In this document: one piece after another, positions 52,153 through 64,000 of the stretch | How the letters are laid out: every line of letters begins with the position of its first letter | How positions within the stretch are numbered: position 1 is the first letter of the stretch | Source: Phoronis australis | Taxonomy: Eukaryota; Animalia; Phoronida | Assembly: GCA_002633005.1 (NCBI GenBank) | Contig: NMRA01000318.1 | Coordinates: 361,895-425,894 of the forward strand | Length of the DNA stretch: 64,000 nt | Direction of reading: 5' to 3' | Program-made: the position numbers and the translations under genes | The notes under the pieces: generated by a model | The model's input: only the letters and a program-made list of their open reading frames with translations | The model's database searches: none | Told to the model about the DNA's origin: nothing

Positions 52153-53333
52153 ACAAGAGCAATGTTGAAATGCGCTCACAAATACATCGCAAACGGTGTG
52201 CTTCTGGTGTGCTTCTAAGAGCTTTTATTTATATCTTGAAAAGACAGTAAGACGGCTCAGAATACATAGAACCCATTCAAAAATGGGAAGTTGTCATCAG
52301 CCACAGATGCAAAACACTGCCATTAGGAGGCACCGCGGTAGTCCGGGTGGTCTGAAAATCATAATCAGCCATCCTCGTCACAGTAGAAACATAAAAAGAT
52401 GGTTTGGTTGATATAGGGGCGGACGCTTGAAACAGTAACAAGAGCAACGCAGAGCGTTGAAATGCACCCATGAATGCACAGCAAATGGTGTGCTTCTGGA
52501 GTTGTTTATTTGTATCATAAAAATGGTCACTAGATGGTGCAAAACGTCCAATCTATCTGAAAACATAACAAGCTATCGCTTCGTCAATAAATAGCTTAAT
52601 TCACTAAATTTCATAAAAATTTGACAAAGAACTTCAGAGAAACAAAGGAAAACAGAAAAAAATGAAACTGCCACCAGGGGGCACTGAGCATCCACCTGAA
52701 AGTCATCATCTATTGTTAGCTTCCTATAAATACACTTAGTAAATTTAATAACGATCCAGCAGTGGGTTTAGGAGACACAGCTATGGGTGCAAAAAAAAAC
52801 AAAACAAAACAACACCACTAGGAGGCGCCACAGTAGACGACACTGAGAACATATATGCCAATTTTCAAAATCATCCTTAGAATGGTTTGGTTGATAGATG
52901 GGAGGACGCAGAAAACATTAAAAATTGCCGTTAGGTAGCACAAAATACCTTGAATCCATCTCAAAATTGTAGGATAGCGTCAGTTCTCCAATAGATGACT
53001 ATATTCCAAATATTATGAAACACCGTTGAAGATCTTTGAATAAACAGCGGTAAACATGAAAAAGTGAAATTGCCACTAGGGGGCACACTGGTGAAAAGAT
53101 CTGTGCGAAAGTGGTCGTCATCTGATATCAACATCATATAAATATACTGGCTAAGTTACACTGGCTAAATTTAGTAAATATCTTGCAAACGGTTTAGGCG
53201 ATACCGAAATCGGCGCAAAGAAAATAAAACTACCACTATTAGGTGCCACAGCAGTCGAAAGCATGGGAAAATCATTGTCAGACATCCTCTTCACAGTAAG
53301 AACATACATGCCAATTTTCACAATCATCCTTAA
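52153..53333 (+). mobile_element. HINE-like elements (two 5' ends, at 52153 and 52437)
   Basis: ACAAGAGCAA...TTGAAATGC(G/A)C(T/C)CA starts and GCCACTAGG subrepeats, homologous to 32439-33445. Confidence 0.6.
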
Positions 53334-53975
53334 AGTCCTGGTCTCACAAGTTGTTAACCCTGATTACATGGTTAGAGGATGTTATAAGGATCCAAGAAGT
53401 ACTTACTCCATAACTAATACACGATCCGTACTCGATAAAAGTTTAAATGAACGTGCCCCTCACGATTCGCACCCAAAGAACCACAGCCATTTTGAACTTG
53501 CTGCGAACCCGGAAGTACAATTCATTCAGGAACTCGGGCAAAGAAAACGCCGTCAGTGTGAATGGACGAGTGACTGTTACCAGCCTGCAAACGGGGATGA
53601 AATAATCGACAGCACGCCTAAATTTTAATAAAATCAAAATACGGACAATTTTATCGAATTTGCTGAAGAAATGTGGCGAATAAATTTTGATGCCGGACTC
53701 GGGACCGCAACCTATCGGACCCAATGCAGATCGAGACCAGACACTGGCGAACGGTTGCAAGCTGTTTTGTCGAAGTAAAATGTTCAAATCATTAATGCGG
53801 CATATATTCAAATGTAGTTTCAGACATTTGCATAAAATTAAAGGCTGGTTACTCCTGTGTCACACTGCCGCGACAGCCCTTAGGTTAGCTAGCCTCAGTG
53901 CCAGCTACCAGCATGAAGACTATCGTCAAAGTACAGCTCGTTAGTGGGCCGAAACAGCTTTGTGCCAAGGCTACC

Positions 53976-55340
53976 CAGGGCTCAACACTAACGGTTGCCC
54001 GATTGCCCGTGTACACGTAGATTTTGCGTCGGGCAAGTGGAATTTGAAAAGTACTTGCCCGATGGGCAAGTTAAAAAGCTAGCTGCATAGGCAAGTAGAT
54101 CCTAAGATTGTCTGCTCGACATTTGATCCAAAGTAACGAACCCCGACACAAGCCTAAAAACTGTCGAAAAAGCCCTTGCGGCCATCAAAGAAACTCCCGT
54201 CTTCGAATGAGCACCGAAAGGAAAATAGAACGAGTGTGATGTAACGTGCACAGATGACGCTCGCGGTCAAATCTTTTCGATTCTCTGAACGTGCCTGCAG
54301 ATTCTGAATAAGTTGTCACGTGATACTACTGATCGTCTGCACTCTGGCAAAACGTCTAAACATGGAAGCCGTCCAGGCCTGGACGGCATTGGTTTAGTTG
54401 CTAAAAAACGAGTTCAGGAAGAATCAAAGCAATAATATGAAACGAAAAGTGCGGGGATGGGTTCCGTCATGGGAAATTAGGTTTTCTGGCCTGCGAGACA
54501 GTGAACAAGGGATGACGTTTGATTTTTGCCGGCGTTTACCTATGTACAGCTGGAAGCACCGCGTTCGTCAGCGGATGTAAGTCATGCAGATAAGCGCAAA
54601 AGCTAAAAAGTGAATGATTGACGACATATTTTCTACACTACACAGCAGTTTAAAAGGCCTGGTATTTATTCAGGGGAATTCCAAAGGACATTCTTATGAA
54701 TTCCCGGCTCCCGGTGGCGACTCCCGAAAGAAGAGGAATACGGTCTTCGGGTTTGCCGCTCTGAAATCTGAAGGGTGACTTTTTCGCGGTCTATCTATTT
54801 CTCAAAAATGTAATTATTTATTGAAAATAAAAGCATATGTGGCATAATTATGTGTTAAAATTTGATTTTAATTTAATACAAGCTACCGATGACCAAAACT
54901 GTGCAAGATTTTTACGGATAGCAAAAAATGAAATTCAGGTTAGCAACAACTCAAGTTAGTAATGCATGAGGCCGTATAAACTAATGAATACACAGAAGTG
55001 TCCAGAGTTCATGCCCTAGCTCATTTCTGCGCCTGTGAACGTGTGACAATGGTTCAGATACCGTAGTTACTCTTCTAATTTGTCTCTCTAGTGTTTTGAC
55101 ACACCTTATAAATAAATGTTCTATAAGAAGAATCGTTAAAAAATAGCAACTCATGTATATAGCGTGCACAACACAAGAGGAGGCTCAGCACAAGCAGCCC
55201 TACGGTAACACATTACCTACATGTAGGTGTGCACATGCACAGTGCTATTTGGGATTGTACTTGGGGCAAGTGAATTCGTTGTTCAGGCAAGTAAAAATTT
55301 CAACTACTTAAGTGGCTTAAAAAGTTAATGTTGAGCCCTG
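53976..55340. mobile_element. hAT-type MITE
   Basis: TIRs CAGGGCTCAACACTAAC / GTTAATGTTGAGCCCTG and GGGCAAGT subterminal repeats. The flanking duplication is imperfect (CTACC, or GCTACCC overlapping the TIR ends). Confidence 0.75.
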
Positions 55341-57149
55341 CTACCCTTAGCCTACCTGGTCCCTGGCCACAGTGCTCGCTCCAACGAGGTTTATTTAGAA
55401 CTTGAGGTGTTCTGGCAAACTGTGCAAAGTTGTTGGCTTTCAACAGAGATTTTCCCAGACTTTGTATGAGGGCACCAAGCCCAGTAAAAGAATGGGGGGC
55501 CGGAATTTTTGGGAATGTCTATCTTTTACTATAAGATTCACTGGGTATGTTCAGACCTATGAATTGCAGATGCTAAATTTTGGTACTTCCTGTCTTCTAG
55601 TGGAATATTGTCTCATTTTCTACTTTTTTCGGAATTCGTGCTTCTCCGGCTGAGGTCGACCTTTTCCATTTCTCCAAATAGGGGGCTCGTTCGAGCACAT
55701 AAGTATGACAAGTCCAACAAAAATGTTATCATTTTTCATTCATTAAGCCAAAATGATTCAGCCTTTTAACATAGTAAGTAACTTAAATGCACAATACTTT
55801 ACAACATTTAGCACTACAATCACTCTCCAACAGCACAAGTTTCCATGATATGAAAGTGGATATACAATGTAACTATTACCAGTGTATCCTTACACCAGAA
55901 TTTGACAAGCGTGATTTAAAAAATATGAAGTTGCAAGGAACAAGAATTGGAGGCTTGAAGCTTCACAATCCAACATAGCTTATTTTTCTAATTAAGATTC
56001 TTCATGTTGTTGACTTGATAACCTGAATTAAGAAAGCAATAAGTTACAAAACATGACTTAAAATTTAGAAAATGTGAATCATTTTGTGACACCTAATCAA
56101 GCCTTGAACAGCAGTTGATAGTCAAACAAAAAAACAATTCAAAATTATTTCAACTATTTTTATAGCTTGGTGTAAGATCGCCTGAATGGGAAATTCACAG
56201 TAAAATAATGCGAATATATCTCATAGTTTTTGCTCTAAAACACCAAAATTGAACAAAGTTTCTTTTTTGTAGCAACGTTTGTCAAAATGTATCAACGGAC
56301 AGGTTGAACATGCCTTCCAGTTCAGCAAAAGTCGCCATATTGTCGGTGCCCAACGGGAATTGTGATCACATTTATCACTTAATAAGTAACATTACTGCGA
56401 CGCTGAAATTTGGTGAAAACTGTTGAATCGTGCAGAATAGTAAGTAAAGATATGTCTCACTAAATTTTACTATAAATTGTTGGCGGAAACAATTTACACA
56501 AACTTTTAAACTCGTAACTTATCCCGCTGTCCTCCAATATGGCCGACGCGATCCAAACAAAGTGACCCAAATTTCGCCACAAAAATTGCAATAACTTTAC
56601 ACTGCTTGCCCCGATTTTGATACTTTTTAGATTTTTACTGAGTAGAATGCACTACCTTCCCGATGATAGCAAAGTACTTCTTCAAAACGAGAAAAAAATC
56701 AAAACAAAAAAAATTGGTTCGACTCATATTGGCTCTTCGGTTCGACCGCCCACCGTAAGGAACTAAAACATCAATGCAATTTTAACATAATACGTAAGCG
56801 TAACATTCCAAAAAAATTCAACAACCAGTAACTACAAACTATAAAATTTACACTACATATGCAAACGAATCACGAGATATTACTAATAAAACAAAATAAT
56901 GAAGACTTTTCGAGCAAGCGATAGTACATTCAGTTACAAGGAAAAAATAGCAGCGTTCAGGACAAGTTCCTGAACTGATGAGCCGGAAACGTGGGTACGG
57001 AAATAACCGATGACAGCCTGTAATAATACGCTTACAGAGAAGGGTCAAATGCTGTTAAAAATCGCTTTTGGCAAGAAAGGCGATAAGAACATAAAGAAAC
57101 GGTGTCGAAAATAAGATTTTATTTAGTAAGTATTTTCGGATACTGGAAC

Positions 57150-57445
57150 CACATGGGCAGTTTGATTGATAGATGGGTGGATGCCAAAAAGCAGACTCAA
57201 AAACAGTAAAAGATGGCTAATAGGTGGCACTAAATACATCGAATCCATCCCAAAATGGAAAGATGGCATCACCTCACTAATAGATGCCTATATTCAAAAC
57301 TTTATGAAAATACGTTGAGGATCTTTGAAGATACAAAGGTAAACGTAAACAACGCAGAGTGTTGAAATGCGCCCACAATTGCACCGTACACGGTATCCTT
57401 CTAGGGTTGTTTATTGGTACCATAAAGTGGCCAGTAGAGGGCATA
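57150..57445 (+). mobile_element. HINE-like family fragment
   Basis: Aligns with 32905-33100 and contains CAACGCAGAGTGTTGAAATGCGCCCAC. Confidence 0.5.
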
Positions 57446-57555
57446 TATGTAGTATGTTGTACTTTGCAAAATGGAAAGGCATGGTCATTGTCTCCTCAAT
57501 AGGCTAGGGGCAAAATGTGAGTGATCTTCATAATACAAGCACATACTATACATCA

Positions 57556-58160
57556 GTTTATTTATTCATTTATTTATTATTGTGATATTTAAAATGAGGG
57601 TGGCCTCTTCAGTGATAGCACTGCTTTCCAAGAGGGAACTCAACAAGAAAAACAGTAATATAATACAATGAAGTAATAAAACAACAAAGACATATACGTA
57701 ACAAAGATACAATTAAAACAGTTAAGGTTGAGAATTAAGACAATAACTAAATGACAAATAATGGTAAAACATTAACTAAGACAGATGAAATAAATTAAGA
57801 GATGATTCTAGACAATGAGAGTATTTACGACAATGAAAAAATGACATGATTAAGATAGGCAGGGTATAAAAGGTTAAGTAAATTACAGCCACTTTTTAAC
57901 ATTAACTTTAAAGGTAGTAATTGAGTTGGACCATTTAATTTCTGGGCTAAAAGAATTCCATATTATAGCAGCTGCATAGATAAAAGATCTCTTGCCAGTC
58001 TCGGTTTTAATTTTTTTAGAAGAAACATTGCCAGCAACAGAAGAACGTGTAAGAATAAACAGCCTGACTGCAATTGAATTTACTGCTGAGATATGCTGGA
58101 GCCAAGCCATTGATACATCTGTATATACAACAGGCAGAGAGATATTTATTTCTTTGTCTT
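57556..58160 (-). mobile_element. 5'-truncated L2/CR1-group LINE relic
   Basis: ORF2 C-terminus split by a frameshift (IYRCINGLAPAYLSSKF / TRSS...KTETGKRSFIYAAAIIWNS...TFKVNVKKWL), followed by a 3' UTR and an AAT-rich tail. Confidence 0.8.
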
Positions 58161-58268
58161 ACTTTCATAAATCCCAGCTTGGAGTACAAGTCGTCAACCC
58201 TAGTGTCCCTAATTTTAGTAACCAGGATAGCCCAGGGGAGCGGGACAATGTCAACGAGCCAATCCAGG

Positions 58269-58316
58269 TGGAAGTGACGTAGTTCACGCGCATGCGTTCT
58301 ATCAAGAGGGATTCCC
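58269..58316. promoter_or_regulatory. Candidate promoter motif cluster (ETS-CRE, NRF1-like, NF-kB-like)
   Basis: GGAAGTGACGT at 58270, GCGCATGCG at 58288 and GGGATTCCC at 58308, all within 50 bp. Confidence 0.35.
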
Positions 58317-58494
58317 TTTTTTACATCATCCTGTCGAAGTGCTTTTGTTTTAGCAGAGAATTTCTCGATTTTCAAGCACTGTGACAGCGACATTGGATGA
58401 ATTTCGACATGGTACGTGTGCCTGATTTATTATATTTTATGAGCTAACAGAAACCAATGCTCTTCGTGAAGGGCGCCTGTTTAAAAATGTGTGT

Positions 58495-59780
58495 GTGATG
58501 ATACCTGGATCAGCTAGTTGACATTTGCAAAATGTCAACCAGTGGAGTCAGGTAGGACCAAGCATTTGTATTTTTGTGATGATACCTGGATCAGCTAGTT
58601 GACATTTGCAAAATGTCAAACCCCCCCACACACACACATATACAAAGTCAACAGGTGCTCACTGAATTTAGACACCTCTGACTAACATAGCTTTTGATAT
58701 AAAGTTTGCAAAATTTTTCAAAAGCTGAACAGACCTGGTTTTGACAGGACTGAACACTTGAATAAAAAATAAATCTCCGACTTTGTCTCATTTGTATATT
58801 ACAAATGGAACATATCCTTTGTTCACGTGGTAGGCCTACATTGTTTCTTCTCCCTATTTCAAGTCCAAATCGGTGTGTTGAGCATCTAATATTGGCAATG
58901 GCAAATATTTGCTTTAAAGACAAATTGCAACATAAGTATTCTTCACACACTAAACTGGTTTTAACAATTCTATAACAATCACATTTGCTCATGTTATTCA
59001 CGCATTTTAGCCACTTCTATAGATTTACGTCTCTTACTAGTCTCTGCTTGAAATCTGACAAAAACAATGATTCATCTTCAACCTCTTCTTGTAACCAAAC
59101 ATGACCAAATCCAGTTACAAACAACAGTTTCTTAACTTCCGTACACCATTTTGACAAACTATGTCTCTTTTATACAACATCTTGTAACATCACTTAGGTA
59201 AACGTCCACATTCACCTCTGGCGATGACATTTGTTATTTTGTTACCAGTCATTAACAACCATTTACAAAATTTGTTGTGTACATTTTTATGCCTTTTCTG
59301 TTACTAGTTTCCCATATTTCAGCACCATAAAGTACGAAAGGAGCAACCACTGAATCAAAGAGGTTGAAAGCAACTTTTGCATTTCTAGTATAGTCCATAT
59401 TATGTAAAAAGTGCTTCACAATTATGTTAAGTGCTTTGTTTGATCGACACTGACAAATTAAGCCTGCATCACAATTCCTAAATACTTATAGTAACTGCAT
59501 ACATTTAACTCATTTTCTTTATAAAACCACTTTTCAGATTTCTTTGATTCCCCACCTTTTTAAACACAAGTACATTAGACTTTTCTATATTCATTGACAT
59601 GTTCCATTTAAGACAGAAACTTTCAAGGGCATTTAACCGTCTTTGACATCACCTGCAAAAAGCAATAAGAATATAGACTCATTAGCTTGGGTCACTTGCA
59701 AACCAGTTCCCGCTTCACTACTCATTTCAACTGCTAATTGGTTTATGTACAATAAAAACGAAAACAAAATCCTTGCTTAT
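58495..59780 (-). pseudogene. Decayed non-LTR retrotransposon reverse transcriptase (RTE-X-like)
   Basis: Minus-strand fragments LLFAGD..LNALESFCLKWNMSMNIEKS, YYKYLGI, LFDSVVAPFVLYGAEIWE, ARGECGR and IRCSTHRFGLEIGR...REQRICSIC, with frameshifts. A duplicated ~45-bp motif (81-bp spacing) lies at the 3' end, 58495-58620. Confidence 0.8.
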
Positions 59781-61304
59781 ACTCTGCCAGATGCTCCATT
59801 TGTAACTATCCGCTGCAGTTGCATGCTTTTCAAAATGTAAATAAAATCTTAACTACGTAAACTGTTTATGGGAAAAGGATGAAAGATCTAGTAGAATAAC
59901 AATATCAATTCAATAATTCACATATTTATTCAATTTCCTCAAAATAAACATAATGAATAGGGCGATGATAGTTTTTAAAATTGGCATAATGTTCCTTATT
60001 AAATAGTGTCCATTGCTGAAGATTTTCCTAGACTGAAACATAGGCAAAAAACAACGTTACACATCACGCATATGGTGAAGCACAACTGCTTGTGCGCACT
60101 ATAAAAGAAGCTCAAAATAAACTTCGTTGTAGCTTCAGTTAGGCAAAAATACACAAACTTGCCTGACTGTCGGTGTCAGCTATTAAATGAACAAATAATT
60201 ATATGATATAAATAGGTAAATGCTGTATTGGTCAAGGTTCTCCAGAGAGCAACCTCTTTATATGGCATGCACTAACACATGACTGCTTTGATTAAGAACA
60301 TGATTGAACAATTTGAAAGATTAATTTATATTGGATTAAACATTGCATTTTTCCGATTCTAGTTCCAGTATGATACTGAATACGAGAGCTGAATGTGTTT
60401 ATATCTAAATGCTCCAACTCATACTCTGAAATCACATTATGGTATTGGGACATTTCATCAAAGTGAACTTAGAAAGAGTGAAATAGTATTTCCTCTTGAC
60501 AGATTCATCTACTTATTCATTCAATCGCGGTAAAAGAGAAGACACGACACAAACATAGCTCCACCAAATAGTTCCCTGGACTTGGTATTTCATGTGTCGT
60601 GATCCCTAGCCGCAGACTTCGCATGGTTCCTTTTGGCTACGCCAGTCGTTCTCACATGAAGCACGACCGCGTCATATCTACCCGAGATGTCGGTCGCTGC
60701 AACAATGAAAAATAAATCACTTTCTTAAAGATACTGTTTCCTTTACTTTCACCTACAAAGAACACAGAAAGAGCTTTGCCAGTCGAAAGATATCACTAAA
60801 ATTAACACTTTTCGTAAAATCAATCCACCCACCGTACTGCCGTTATTTTGCAATTAATTCTTAAAAAATTGTATGAACCGAGTCTTGGTGATTCATGACT
60901 TTGTCGAGCTTAGTTGCCAACTTTTCCTATTCGAGGAAATTATATACAACAAGTAGGCACACAATTTCTTACAAACGACGATAACAGTTGCTGATGAGAA
61001 ACGCGTTTCCTGTGTGACATTGTAATGTCCATTATCCTGGGTTTGTAAGAATACTAGGCCTAGGGCAGGGGATGGAAACGATTCCATGGCTGCGTCTCTA
61101 AATTAAGCTACGATTCTCCTAACGCTATCAGCAGATACAAAACCCACAGTACAAATCCTCATACTCATGGCACTCCTCACCACGTATGCTACATACGATA
61201 ACCAAAACCCAATCCCGAGAACAGATTCCTCACTTTCCTCACGGTGGAGTCCCCCGTTCCTCTTCTGTGTTGTACATTTCTGGTTTAATGTGACTGTGAC
61301 TGTG

Positions 61305-61388
61305 AGGTGTGTGTGTGTGCGTGTGCGTGTGCGTGTGCGTGAGCGTGAGCGTGTGCCTGTGCGTGAGCGTGTGCCTGTGCGTGTGTGT
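61305..61388. repeat. (GT)/(GTGC) microsatellite
   Basis: GTGTGTGCGTGTGCGT...GAGCGT repeats. Confidence 0.9.
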
Positions 61389-63096
61389 AATTAAGGAATT
61401 TTTTACCATGCTTTCAGGATTTCCGTGTGATTCGCCTGGATTAAGGTGTGCTTACCATAGACAAACTGCAACGAAATTTTGTGATGGCACTGAGGCCAGA
61501 GACCGATCAGAATGTGTCAGGCACGCAGAAATTTTGACTTGTGACTTCGTGGAAGACGTGAGCGAAGAATTGCTCAGTTGTGTTTGGACACGGCTTTGGG
61601 ACATACAGGGTACACAGATGTAGCTGATCATTGATTGTTGGTATTTTGATGTCACCCGCTTGTGTTCAATTTCTACTTATTTTGTGAGATGAAAGCATTT
61701 CACTGCCCTGAGAAATTCTGTGCTTCAAAGTGAAAGGTCTTCGCCGAAACTTTCGATTGACTCTCCAAAAACATATGTGTCAAATAACATGTTCCAAACG
61801 TGTGAGTATTGATCCAGTGGCTACAGTGGTAACTGTTTACTTGATATTTCCCCCCTAAAATTCAATATTAACATTCTGTATAGTATATAAAGACATTGGT
61901 TTGTATGAATCGTCATCCCGACTAAAATGTCATCCAGATTACCGCACATTGACTGCTGGTGGAAGTTCAACCCACGATAATTTTTTTATAACAATTGAAA
62001 GTTCCACCACCAAGCCATTAACATAAGATTGGCACTTAATGGGAAAAAAGAAGCTAAACACTTCAATTATGTGTGCAAATAAGTACAATCTTATGTACAA
62101 GCTCACACTACCGTCACCAGCACCCCTTGACACAGTTTGAGTGCGAGAACATGGGCTATTCTCCACAATATGTCGTAAATATGGATGACAGCAAGTGCGA
62201 CATGTTCTGCAGATATTTTTAATAAGCGAAAGCTGCACAGCCGCGAAGTCCCTTACCATAACCTTCTTCACCTTCTTTACCTGGCTGGCATGAAGCACTG
62301 CTCACGCACTCTTTTGACAACATCATAGATCTTGAGGTACGAACCTGCACCCGGTTATTGAGCTGGTTGCCATCATCTTGATGCCCTATAAACAAAGGTG
62401 AAAAAGTATAATAGACCTAACAAATACACAGGGCACAGTGACACGACTACTGTGACAGGAATAAGTACATGCAGCCAAGTAAAGATTTTATATCCATTCG
62501 CAATGGATGCCAGCACTTGTTTTCGTAACCAAACCAGGCGATTTTAAAATCAAATAAAAATAAATTCCTTAGTAAGATTCATAATAAATGGCTTGAGTCT
62601 CACACACAGTATAACGTTGCTCAAGTGAGGGGGAATAAACAAAGTTTTAATTTAGACTTAATGTATTGTATAATTATCACATTAATGTGATGCATTGAAA
62701 TACGCACATGGCTTCGACTATGCCACAAATGGTGCGTTTATGGAGGTGTTTATTAGTACCAAAGAAATAGCCATTAGATTGCGCAGGGTCAAGTAAACAC
62801 GCCAAAAGATACAAAGCTGGTGCAAAGTTCATCAAATTTGTTTTAAACGGGATGACGTCTCCTTAATAGGCCAACGAACATGAGAGTCCATCAAAGAGCT
62901 CCTAAGACAGAGGAAAACGTGAAGAACGTAAAAATTAGTCGCAAGAGGGCACAGCGATAGACGTCAGTCGACAGCTTCATAGGAACTTCCACCACATCTC
63001 ATTTAGACAGTGTCACCGCCGTAGATGTAAGCTCCAGCAAGAGCTTAATACGCCGGAAGCTTTTTGGCGAAAAAATGCCTCACAGTCAGATGATCA

Positions 63097-64000
63097 CAGG
63101 CCCGTAGGAAGGTAAAAATTATTGGGGGGGCACCGACCCTGGTCGATACGTAACTTCCAATTTCGAAACCACTGCGTTGCACTGGGGTATATATATCAAC
63201 GCTGTAAAATGAACTACTGCAACCACTAGGTACGTTTTGAATTATATGAAAAAATATGTCTACTAATAATAAGGTGTGTAACAGATGCTGTACTTTTAGA
63301 GTTAATTTTTTGTTAAGATTGACTGGAAATTTTTGGAGCAACATACATGCCGCTCATACGATTACTCTTGCTGAACAGTAAGAATGAAGGTGTGAAATAA
63401 TTATAAATGTTTTTATTTACTCTTCAACATAAATCAGTGGACGTTGCCCTGCTGCACACAGGAACTCGGGCTGCAGCTAAGTCTAACGTGGTAAAAACCC
63501 CGAGTTGTGCCTTTCGCATTTCACTTCCTCGTACAAAATCGTTTGCCACATCCACCAAATTTAGCTTATCGCACATGTCTTTGTGAACATGGAGCAACAT
63601 TAAATGGTTCAACCTCCCCTGTCCCATTGTGGAACGTAAATATGACTTAACACGCCTAAGAGCACTAAATGCTCGTTCGCTACTGGCATTTGTTGCAGGC
63701 ATCACTAACAGCAAGTTTGCTAGTTTAATTACATTTTCGATCAAGTGTTTTTGACCGGCTGATAATTTCTGCAAATGATCCACAACACGAGACAATGTTA
63801 CCTCTTGACTACCATCCTGTGCATAATTGGCCCCAAACGTAGCCAGGTGACAGCGCAGTGTTGAATCAAAATCATCTTCATAAAAACTGATAACATCTTG
63901 GTATTCATTTTCAAAGTTTTCCCCTTTTGCCGCCTTGAGTATCAGCTCCTCACACTGCATATAAATTTTGTAATCTTCTTGATCAAACCTGTCCCGTATT
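63097..64000 (-). mobile_element. hAT DNA transposon, 3' end
   Basis: Candidate TIR CAGGCCCGTAGGAAGG...GGGGGGG at 63097, downstream of the transposase ORF. Confidence 0.7.
63424..63999 (-). CDS. hAT transposase C-terminus (ZMYM1-like, dimerisation domain), 5'-truncated by the window
   Basis: LLLVMPATNASSERAFSALRRVKSYLRSTMGQGRLNHLMLLHVH. The frame is open to the window end (IRDRFDQEDYKIY). Confidence 0.92.
   Translation of the reverse strand: MRDRFDQEDYKIYMQCEELILKAAKGENFENEYQDVISFYEDDFDSTLRCHLATFGANYAQDGSQEVTLSRVVDHLQKLSAGQKHLIENVIKLANLLLVMPATNASSERAFSALRRVKSYLRSTMGQGRLNHLMLLHVHKDMCDKLNLVDVANDFVRGSEMRKAQLGVFTTLDLAAARVPVCSRATSTDLC

Noticed and set aside
61419-61623. Possible + strand exon (acceptor tttcag; Cys-rich frame)
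   Set aside because: No recognisable domain, and no phase-compatible partner exon was identified.

Overview
AT-rich, intron-containing animal DNA, probably a marine invertebrate (inferred from the repeat landscape). The left half (+ strand, ~3.0-29.2 kb) holds the 3' part of a Numb-associated kinase gene (AAK1/BMP2K family). I resolved 13 coding exons with phase-compatible GT-AG junctions, a poly-Q exon, and two alternative C-termini: a short clathrin-box-like end and a long BMP2K-like exon. The right half (- strand) holds a SAMD9/SAMD9L-family gene whose 4.7-kb main exon (SAM, AlbA_2, SIR2-like, STAND NTPase, TPR, OB) can splice in frame to an upstream CARD exon. Its AlbA_2 nuclease motif looks degenerate, suggesting an NLR-like CARD-SAMD9 immune sensor; this is the most notable finding. 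The rest is transposon-derived: a nested TA-target foldback/MITE complex in the CARD-SAMD9 intron, Helentron-like non-autonomous elements, Harbinger/hAT MITEs, SINEs, two LINE relics, a Penelope-like hammerhead relic, and a hAT transposase cut by the window end. All calls come from reading the sequence by eye; no database searches were run.
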